This document shows positions 1 through 10,069 of a DNA stretch of 64,000 nucleotides, piece after piece (position 1 is the stretch's first letter; the number at the start of each line of letters is the position of its first letter). The notes below the pieces were generated by a model, which had not been told where the DNA came from, searched no databases, and saw nothing but the letters and a program-made list of their open reading frames with translations. The translations under genes were made by a program, and so were the position numbers. This DNA comes from Eledone cirrhosa (lineage: Eukaryota): contig OZ024764.1 in the NCBI GenBank assembly GCA_964016885.1, positions 620,001-684,000 of the forward strand. The letters are read 5' to 3'.

Positions 1-495
1 ATGACGATGCAAAATCCTGCAAATGCGGGATTGGATAACGGTCAGGCACAGTAATCGCGTTTAAGCGTCGGTAGTCACCCGTCGGTCTCCAATCACCAGA
101 AGATCTAGATACCATATGTAGAGGCGATGCCCAAGGACTTGTGGAGCGCCGAATTATTCCCAATTCCAGCATGTGGTCGAATTCAAGGCGTGCAGCTTTC
201 AACTTCATCTTCGAGGACGTGAGAAAACAGGTGGACCTGTAATGGATATGAAGTGTTCAATCGCATGATCCGGGCTAGTTATTTGTAACTTTCCCTGCGT
301 CAACTGAGGGAATGAATGTAACAGGCTTTGATACTGGTTGCCCACTTCAACCAAGAAAAAGGAAGGGCTGATAGTGGCGACGTCCGGCTCTGAACCCTCG
401 AAAGAAAGGCCTGTTTCAGCATCAAAAAGGCGTTGTCTGCGAATGTCCACCAACAAGGAAAAATGGTGGAGAAAATTCGCTCCCAAAATGGCGTA
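1..495 (-). mobile_element. Gypsy pol fragment (protease end to RT start); near-identical copy of 10391-10885
   Basis: [21 protein letters not shown] and ILGANFL motifs; matches 10391-10885 at offset 10390 with one mismatch seen (467 vs 10857). Confidence 0.95.
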
Positions 496-1494
496 CACAT
501 GTTTTTGGTCACTATTCAATAAAGGTTCCCTTTCTTCTACAAATTGTCGCTGTTCTTCTTTGCTGTATTGAAATTCATGCAATAACTCCAAATTGCCAAT
601 ATCCTGATTAGCGACAATATTATTTGGCCTTGGCAAGTTAAAGTCACTAAGACTTTTGCCCAGGTCGTTAAGTTTGTCTTCAAAATACAGAAGACATTGA
701 TCATAATGTCTCTCGCTAATCAAAAGGCTAGAGTTTCTTGTAGCTCTTTTTTCTATCGGAAGGTAATCCTCAGACAGCGAATTCTTAAATCGAGCCCATA
801 AAGCATTGGAATTGTCAATTTCCGTATTTGTGAGGAGCACGATGAATAGATCTCTCATGGCTTTGGGAAGCCTTGTTCGCTCAGCATCTTCCAGAGTCTG
901 CTGCCAATGTTCATCTGATTGAAGCAGACCTTTCTCTCTGCAAACGTCTTTGAATAATGGCAGGAGTTCTCCATCACACATTTTCAAAGAGTTGAAAGAT
1001 ACTGGTCCTTTGACGTGATGCAGAAGGAGTTTTAAATAATACAGGTCACCACTTCGTGGGGAAACAGTGTACACTCGTCCCAAAACGTTCGCCTCAAAAA
1101 TTCCTGGATACTGCTCAACTGTTTTCCCCACTTTCCTCCTTTCCCATCTCTTATTATTCCATGTGTAAAACTTTGGTACATCGGCATAATACAATGTTTT
1201 TGCAAACGGATCGCGAGTGCAAAGATCCATGAACTCAGTCAGAGTTGTCTTAGCCATGTTATTGTTTACTTTAACAGCAGCATTGACCCGAAAGAAGATT
1301 TGATTTTTCTCAGGTAGATGAACTTGAAGGCGAACTACGGTCGGTTCCCTCTCATGAATTGGAAATCCAAGTACCGAGGCAACAGCTTCTGAAGGACCGA
1401 TATATCTTCCTGTTAAATTCTGTGTTATCTCATCTTCCCTGTTCACTCCAAACATTGCTTGATCACTGCCCTTCATGGTATATTTTATAACGTA
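496..1494 (-). mobile_element. Helitron RepHel fragment A (end of Rep motif 3 to pre-helicase region)
   Basis: YVIKYTMKGSD, RYIGPSEA, VVRLQVHLP, LGRVYTVSP, YYLKLLLHHVKGP; ORF 205..1476 is a Helitron-Gypsy fusion. Confidence 0.93.
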
Positions 1495-4400
1495 CTAGCG
1501 GAGCTACCCGGCTTCGCTCAGTGTTAAAAAGCTTATTTTGAAAAGAATAATATTAACATTTTAATCGTTATTTAAAAACTTCTGTAATTTAGTTTCTATT
1601 TTTTAGATTTTAACATTTATCTTTAAATGACTGAATGACTGACGAATTTAAAGAAAATTCGTTATAAGAACATTTAATTTGTTTTACTGAAGTGCTTTTG
1701 GGTACACAATGTTTTTTGTTTTTCCTTCTGGTGCGTACACGAATAAATCAGAAGGTTTACCGACGCGTGAGCAAGCCACATACAGCTGTCCATGTGAGAA
1801 GCATAGATTTTCTAAATTTAGTCCACACTTGTAGCGATTGTCCTTGTGCTTTGTTGATAGTCATTGCAAAGGCGAGTCGCACCGGAAACTGCAAACGTTT
1901 GAAATCGAATGGCGTATCTGTTGGAATGATTGGGATGCGTGGCAAGAGTACATCTTCTCCTTTAAATTTTCCATTTAAAATTGTAGCCTCGATGATATTG
2001 TTCATCGTCTTATTCACTGAAAGTCTGGTACCGTTGCAAAGTTGTGGTGGATTGATATTTCGGAGAAGGATGATAGGCACGCCAATTTTCAATGTTAAAA
2101 TGTGCGGTGGCATGCCTGGCAAATCAAGTGAATTCAAGAATTCAATTGGATAATTGATAATTTTGTCTTGATTCATTACAGTATCGATGGACTTATACGT
2201 TGTCGCTTCGCCTGGTATTTCGTTTTGAATGCTGAAATTAATGGCATTGACATCGGTGTTTTTGGCTGCTAATATAGCACGTACACTGAGCCACTGATGA
2301 TTTTTGTAATGCTGCGCAATATTTGGGAACACTTTGTGAATCAGTTCGTCTCTGGTTGCCGTGATTCTACAGAAGTTTGTTGGCAATGTGATACATTTTG
2401 TGGAATCATCGATTACCATTTTTCCCATTCCCAATATCCAGCAATTGTTTTGTGAAACGTTCAGCGGATGCGTCATTTTGTAGTTGTACACGCATATTGT
2501 TTTTTAAAGTTAATTTCTGTACGTGTCGCCATAAAACTGATGATTTGAGACATGCATTAAGCTCATCAGCGGGTGTTGATCGCGGTATAACTGGTAGAGT
2601 TTGTCGAAAATCACCAGACAATAAAATGAGTGTGCCACCGAAGAGCTGTTCATTTCCTTTCAAATCTTTTAGCGTATTATTAAGCGCTTCCAATGATTTT
2701 TTGTGCGCCATAGTACATTCGTCCCATATAAGGATTTTACATGATTGGAGTACTTTACCTATACCAGAATTTTTGGTAATATTGCATGTTGATGTCTCAG
2801 CGATTTGCATATTCAATGGCAATTTCAGGGCTGAATGTGCTGTTCGGCCACCATCTAAAAGAGTTGCCGCAATTCCAGATGATGCGATTGCCAGTGCAAT
2901 ATTATTTTCTGATCGTATAGTTGCCAAAATAAGTGAAATGAGAAAAGTTTTGCCTGTACCACCGGGCGCATCTATAAAATAGAATCCGCCGCTTTGACTT
3001 ATAATTGCCTGCATAATTTGGTCATATACTATGCGTTGTTCTGGTAGCAATTTGGGAAGATTCGTTTGAACAAATGTACCCAATTCGGCGACATCAAAGT
3101 TTGTTTCTCGTTGCAAATCACGATCGAAAATGTCGTTTACAGATCGATTCGGCGCAGGCATTCCCAATTGTACCAGTGTTTTGTTAGCGATTGCTAAACA
3201 TATGACCTCAATGGAAACCAATGCTTCATTATACACATTTGGTGTGAATTGAATATTCATATTTTGATTTGTTGCACGCAAACGATGTAGGATGTCTTCA
3301 CTCATGTAGTCTTTATATTTTTCCCAAAGATCTTTTGGATTTGATGGGAAGCACGTTGTCAATATTATTGAGAATAATGTGCGTATTTGCTTTGGTCGAG
3401 CAGTATTCGATGCATCAGCGAGTGAAGTGTCCCAATGTCCATCATTTTCAAGAAGATTTAATTCTTGGCAAGCTTCACGATAAGTGGCACATACTTGACC
3501 GTTTACTGTTCTCAATTCTTGTCTCCAAAAACATGATGCTTGACAATGAAATCGATTAAAGATTTCAATTTTTGTTTGAACACACGCGCTGTAATATCAT
3601 GACGATCCGAAGATGATTGACCAGGTAACAGCGTCCGGCAGTGGTAGTAGTGATCCAGCACGATGATAAATTTGCCCTTGCACTTTGAATGTTGGCATGT
3701 AATTCTCGCGCACGATATTTGTTGCACCGAACGATGTCATTTGGAAACATGAATTGTACTTGCGTATGTTTGCCAAGAAATGTTTAGATTCGCTTGTGTC
3801 ACCTGATACTAACGTTGATAATGGTTCAGGTGGTGGATGGAATTCTGGCAATTTCACTTTTCCACCCGAGCAGCACTTTCCTGGTGTTTCATTTTTAAAT
3901 TTGAGGGCACCACAATACCCGCATAATTTATCCATTTTTCCAATAATCACATTTGGATGAAGACTGTAATCACAATTTGAATCGTAATGAAATGCACCAA
4001 GATTGAAATCATCGTGCAGTATTCTTCTTGTGAGAGCATTGCGTAGTCGATTCGTTTCCAATCTTGCTTCCCGTTGCTCGTCTGTTTCAGATGAACGGGC
4101 TTGAGCAGTTCTTACTCGAACGGTTTGCAATCTTGCTTCCCGTTGCTCGTCTGTTTCAGATGAACGGGCTTGAGCAGTTCTTACTCGAACGGTTTGCAAT
4201 CTTGCTTCCCGTTGCTCGTATGTTTCAGATGAACGGGCTTGAGCAGTTCTTACTCGAACGGTTTGCAATCTTGCTTCCCGTTGCTCGTATGTTTCAGATG
4301 AACGGGCTTGAGCAGTTCTTACTCGAACGGTTTGCAATCTTGCTTCCCGTTGCTCGTATGTTTCAGATGAACGGGCTTGAGCAGTTCTTACTCGAACGGT

Positions 4401-4538
4401 TTCCAATCGTGATTCCCGTTGCTCGTATGTTTCTGAAGCTCGTAATGCATATTTTTTCGTTGCTTGAGGGGTAGATTGACCAATCGCTCGTAGTAATATC
4501 AAATAGATTACTATATGTGTTTCTGGTCCAGTATTCAT
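1495..4538 (-). mobile_element. Helitron B with intact 3' end, PIF1 helicase, internally deleted Rep and STPR-like N-terminus
   Basis: Minus-strand 3' end GCGAAGCCGGGTAGCTCCG-CTAG|T (CTAG at 1495-1498); PIF1 motifs DAPGGTGKT, IWDECTM, GDFRQTLPV, FAMTINKAQGQS; zinc motif CGYCGALKF..CCSGG; sequence jumps near 3515 and 3660. Confidence 0.95.
4060..4440 (-). repeat. 69-bp (23-aa) coding tandem repeat, STPR-like, about 5.5 copies
   Basis: Unit SETYEQREARLQTVRVRTAQARS repeated in ORF 3597..4538. Confidence 0.9.
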
Positions 4539-4539
4539 T

Positions 4540-4716
4540 CTGAAATTCCAGTAGTGTTAGTCTAGCATGTGTAATAATATTAATGTCATCCAAAGTTAAG
4601 TTAGATCTATTTTTAGCAAATATCAAGGCTTTGTTCAGGAGTATAGGTGATATAGAAGAATAGTAATTATCTATATCAAATTGTAGAAATGAAGCAGAGG
4701 ATTTATATCTAATATA
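4540..4716 (-). mobile_element. Naiad-type PLE RT fragment (left flank of piggyBac)
   Basis: Translates FLQFDIDNYYSSISPILLNKALIFAKNRSNLT. Confidence 0.85.
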
Positions 4717-4720
4717 TTAA

Positions 4721-7279
4721 CCCTTTAGCATTCACATTGAATTGTCAAATGTCATGTTCATCTATTCGCATTATTTTCACTTAATTATACTCAAGAGGGT
4801 TATCAATTTTATTTGTTTGTAATTACTTTAATTTTCTATGTGCAGACTTGAAATTTTGTCAGTAGACGTTTAAAGAACTATAATTTACAATTATATATTT
4901 TTACCTGATTTTTTTTTGTTAAATTTGACTTTTATGGGCAGGTAAAATTAATTAACAGGTGTAAAAGTAATAACTTTATGGATAAACACAAAAATTTAAA
5001 CTTTATCTGCCTTACCTGTTAGATTTGTTGCAAAAAAATCCAATAATGATCTAGATGCTGATTTCCATCAATTCTAGCAGTTTTCCGAACAGGTGAATTA
5101 ATTAAAAATGCAGGTGTAATCAGTACAATGTTTTAGTCTTTCTCTACATTCCAGGCAAATATTTTCATTGAAAAAAATGTATAAAACCTTTTCACCAGTC
5201 AAAATAATATTGGCAATGTACTCTTACACAATGTACGGTGTAAAATTACGTAACAGAATGTTCCCAATATATAAGTTCATTAACAGGTGTGTCACAGGTG
5301 AATGCAGGTGTTTTTGTATATGTGTGCTAATATATTTTAAAAATAGTGTTTTCAATATTGTTAGACAATATTTCTATCGTGATACTGCCCAAAGCACCCT
5401 TTACATAAGGGCACTTTGCAAAAGGAACACATAAATAGGGTTTGGATTGCGTAACCTTTAACAGTTTTTCTCTTTTGCAAAGAGCACAATCGGCAAACCT
5501 TCCTCCTACCATCAATTCTCTCCACTTTATGAAAATCAATATTTTCTTTGTGGACCACTGCTAATTTTGATTTTTTTTTCCCAGCTTTGTGTTTGCGAGA
5601 AGTATATCCCCCACGTAGCTGGGATGCAATGTCCACGCGAAATTTCATGTGGCAGTAGTCCTTTGGTGGTGGCGGATCCTTGTGGCTTTTAGTAAATACA
5701 ATATAAGAATTCACAATGGTTAAATTCACTAAAAACCACAAGATGTATCTCCACCATTTCTTTCCAGGGCGTCCAACTGGGTAATACGCGCAATATTGGT
5801 CGGATTTGTCAACCCCACCCATATATTTATTGTAGGAGAGGTTAACTAAAGGTCTACCCTCAGCCCCAACACCTGGTTGTTGGTTAGAACTCAGGAACAA
5901 AATTTGCCGTTTGTCTTTGAACACTGCGGCTAACATGTTCTCTTTTTGCATTTGGAGAATGTCTCCTCTGTTTTTTAGTTTCGCAACTTTTATTTCTTGG
6001 GGTAGCCCTTTCCGATTGCTCATTATTGTGCCGCAGGTGTACGTATTTACAAGAGCAAGATCCTCTGCTAAAAGCACCGAAGAAAAAAAAACGGTCATAA
6101 TAAATGTGTCTGTGTTGAAAGTGGAAGGGTTGAGTCAGCGACCACACAACATCATAACCCAACCTGTGCTTTCTCTCTCCGTTAAGTTTTTTTCCTGTGT
6201 AAACATCAAAGTTTACACAGTATCCCGTGTCCGATTCACACTTCCCACACTTTGATGCCCCATTTGGTGGGTTTAGCTGGCATATACTGTCTGAAATGAA
6301 CCCTACCCTTATATCCAATCATAGCTTCATCAACACTAAGATTTTTTCCAGGTATATACATACTTTTAAATTTTTCCATCAACATTTCAATTAATGGTCG
6401 TACTTTGTACAGTGGGTCGTAATTCGATTCATTTCTACCAGGGGCATTTGTAGTATCAACCAGATGCAAATACTGGTTTAATTTTATAAATCTCGTTTTG
6501 GCCATAATACTAGATATATAAGGGTCACCAAACCTTATATCAGTACTCCAATAATTCCACAGTCGTGGAAATTGTTTAATACCAAACATAATGTTTATGG
6601 TAAAAAACGCTTTCATTTCGGCAGAATCTGTCGGACGCCATAAAAGATCGGGATTTGCTCGATTAGAAATCTGTTGTTGTGCATAGCGATTTGTCTCCTC
6701 TGCCACAACTTCGAAGAAAGTTTGTGGTAGAAATAAAAAAAAAATAATCCAGAGCTTTAGCATCGGGTGGTAATGTGTGTTGTGGTCCAGAATTTTCATT
6801 AAAATCCGAAACATGTATCGGTGTTGTTTCTTTCAACCACGTTGGTGTTTTTTCAATGGTGTCAGATATCTCTTCGCTTTCACTTTCAAAGTGACTATCA
6901 TCATCATCAGATATATCAGAAATAAATATATCTGATTCATTTGAAGATAAATCACTGATATTATCTTCTGTTTCTTTGTTATCTTGAATGTCGTATGATG
7001 TGAAACCTTCAAAATCGTTGTCGCTGCTTTCGGAAGCCATGTTACAATTTCAAAGTTAAAAACACGTGTTATCACAAGGTCTTTAACTATACTAAGAGTT
7101 AATTTTCGCGCGTAAGGGCTTTATCTCGCTGTAATCTCGAATTGACGAGATTTTGATGATGTCAATGTTTATTTTTAGAAGGATATCTACGAGTGGTCTG
7201 AAATGTCGGTTTTTGTCGGTTTGAATAAATGAAAGGGGACATAATTTTGTCGGTTTTTGTCGCTTTGAACGCTAAAGGG
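4721..7279 (-). mobile_element. Full-length piggyBac transposon (PGBD4-like transposase, frameshifted) with TTAA target-site duplication
   Basis: TTAA 4717-4720 + CCCTTTAGC ... GCTAAAGGG + TTAA 7280-7283; motifs SVDEAMI, KPTKWGIK, YYDRFF, YNKYMGGVDKSD and C-terminal Cys-rich domain; ORF pieces 6663-7040, 6236-6814, 5884-6318, 5361-6098; repeated ACAGGTG motifs at 4900-5310. Confidence 0.96.
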
Positions 7280-7283
7280 TTAA

Positions 7284-7480
7284 ACCACTCAATAACCTCA
7301 CCAGTTCCCTTCCACAAGTTTAAGTTAGGTAAACCATGTAAGTTTTTAACCTGCTGTATCACCCTGTCTAGAATGTTTTTGCTAAGTTTACCCAGGTCAG
7401 ATTTTCATGGTGCAATCAATCTGACTGGCAAATCATTTTCAAAATTTCTTTTGTGATCTTTCATATTGATCTTAGGTTTC
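7284..7480 (-). mobile_element. Naiad-type PLE RT fragment, related to 56285-56485
   Basis: KINMKDHKRNFENDLPVRLIAP ... LWKGTGEVIEWFN. Confidence 0.85.
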
Positions 7481-7994
7481 TTTTCTTTTAAGGCCCTAGA
7501 CACTCTAGGGAGTGATGAAAGTATTCTTAGCGTTTTGATATATTGATATCTGTTGTCTATTCTATACATGAACAATAATCATGTATGTGAGGGCAGGAAT
7601 ATTTATATTACGGCAGGATGGCACGGGTCCGCCACAGTTACAGGCTAAATTTCTACTAGTGCAGCCTAAATCACAGTACACGCTTTACATAAATACATTA
7701 CATCACAACTCATGCGCATACAGAGGTACAGATCAACAAGATATACGTCAGGATAGGTCCACCAATGCACTAATGGTGGGTAGGCCAGCGTTGATGGGTT
7801 ACATCCACTGTACCAAACAGGGGTGCTTATTAACATACACTCCCCTGCACACCCCAATATCAAGGTCAATATCCTCCCACAGGCATACGTATACATTCAC
7901 AGACTCGTATACATAGACGACCAACATTAGGAGACAGTTACACTCAGTCAGAGACAGTTACACAAGACAGCCCAACTGGAGGAATAAGGACGTG

Positions 7995-9213
7995 CTAGCT
8001 AACAGGTTTAAAGTAGAAGAAAGAGCTTAATATTCGGTGGGGGCAAGAGGAAAAAATTTCAGACTTTCTATTTAGTAGAGGGCATTTAGCAAATATAATA
8101 GAGTGGGATTCGGCAAGGCACAGGTTGCATACTCTACTATGAGGAGTATATGGATGGGATTTAGCAACCTGCCGCCAAGTAAGTGTGTAAGGTGTTCGTG
8201 CATTTTTTAAATTATGGACGTACGCTGCCAAGGAGGTGGAGTTCTTCAGTTTATTATGTCTAAAAGTGCATTGATGAGAGTTAAACCTGGTCTTAAAGGG
8301 GGTGGAAGTTGATCCTATATAGGTCATAGTGGACGCCGTAGTTACCACATCACACGCATAAACTATGTTTCTAACAAGGCAGAAACCATTCAGGGGGCAG
8401 CCCGAAGCCCTTCTACAGTTACAACCTCTGGTGATGCTATTCTCAGAAAGATCACCACCAGTGCTACTGCCCACTCTATCCACTACCGTGTTTTCCCCTA
8501 GGCTTAGGTTGTCCAGGCCTTCCTTTATTTTCTTATTATTAGTAATGGCCAGATGAGAGGCCAGATTTTGGGTTGTAGAATACGAAAGTTTAACAACATT
8601 CTTATTGAGGATAGAGTGGTACCTATTACCAGGAGGGAAGTTCCGTTCTAGCACAGAGAAGAAGGCCCTAGGAATATTTGTAGCCACTTCAGAATTAAAA
8701 GGGGGGTTGAAGTATGTATTCAATCTTCTTCTATTCTTTTTATTCTTTCTATTTCCATCAGTATTATTAGCATTATTATTTCTACGGTTCCTATGCTCAC
8801 CTAGTCTATGCGGGGAGCTGCGAGGCCCACCATTGCTATTACTTAGACTAATGGTGCCATGCTGGTTCATTCCACCGGCATCTAGAAACCTCCCGTTCAC
8901 GACACCTCTATTGTTATTACTTAGACTAATGGTGCCCTGCTGTTTCATTCCACCGGCATTTAGAACCCTCCCATTCGCGACACCTCGATTACCAATGGAC
9001 ATATTATGTGTTATAACAACACTGGTAGAGCTACTATTAGGACTATTATTTCCCTGGGTGTAATACAATTTGTCCCTAAAGCCGGATCTAGCTAAGGCGT
9101 CGTTATAGTAATCAGCCTGCGAGTCAAACGCCTCCTCACTATGTGAGAGTGAACTTATTCTATTAGATACGCCCTTCAGTATACCGCTGATGACAGACCT
9201 AGGGTGGTTGGAG
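7995..9213 (-). mobile_element. Naiad-type PLE thumb, linker and GIY-YIG endonuclease
   Basis: SNHP, YFNPPF, CNCRRASGCPLNGFCL, NIVYAC..TYIGST, FKTRFNSH, CNLCLAE, SSCPH. Confidence 0.92.
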
Positions 9214-9261
9214 TAAATGAAAGGGGACATAATTTTGTCGCTTTGAACGCTAAAGGGTTAA
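9214..9261 (-). mobile_element. Isolated copy of the piggyBac terminus plus TTAA
   Basis: Matches 7226-7283 minus one 10-bp GTTTTTGTCG unit. Confidence 0.92.
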
Positions 9262-9948
9262 ACCAGTTAATTACCTGGGATGTGTTTTCCCAGAGTGGTA
9301 AATTAACATGTTTTCTTATTTGTGGGATGACTCTATCTAAAATTTTTTTACTAATTATTCCAATATCAGATTTGGAAGGGCATATAAGTCTTATAGAAGG
9401 ATTATAGTTAAAGTTTGATTTATGATCTTTCAGGTTGAAGTGTGGTCTTTTCAATGCCAAAGATTCAGTTCTATCTTCAATATTAAGTCTATTCACTATG
9501 CTGTGTGTTTTGTTGTTGATGTTGGTAAGTGACGCATTATTTGATTTTCTATAATTTTTCCTGAGTTCTTTGTATATGAACTCATTGTAATTTTCAATAT
9601 CCATGTGATATAGATTTCCAGTTTTGTCCGAGTGGACATGGATTTTTTTAGATTTTTTTTAGGTCCTTTTGAAAGTTAGATTTATACCTCTTAAATTTGA
9701 GGTGTTTGATTAAATTAAAAATGTCTTTCTCAAAGTTTTCAAGTAGAGAGTTGTGTGGTGGAATTTTATATGTAGTGAAATCATAGATATTTCCTATCTG
9801 TACATTTTGATTTTTTATCGAAGTGGTAGGCCCTCCATCTGACTCTTCTGATAAATTGGTTGGTTTTTTGTATCATAAGAAGTAAGAAATCATCCTTAGA
9901 AGGTAATGGTATATTCTTTAAAGAAGTTCCCAAGTATTGTTTTTCCAT
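9262..9948 (-). mobile_element. Naiad-type PLE N-terminal/RT fragment (frameshifted)
   Basis: MEKQYLGTSLKNIP, RRVRWRAYHFD, SDKTGNLY, LKDHKSNF, PSKSDIGIISK. Confidence 0.92.
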
Positions 9949-10069
9949 TGTGATATGGATAATGGACAAGAAAAAGAGCTCAACTATTTGTATATGGAGT
10001 TATAAAGCCATACATACAGTGGCGGACATGAAAGTAAGAACACTTTTTATTTTGCATGGAAGCATTAAG

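Noticed and set aside
205-1476. Functional Helitron-Gypsy fusion gene
   Set aside because: Lacks Rep motifs 1-2, helicase and RT cores; the in-frame join is explained by the junction, with no sign of domestication
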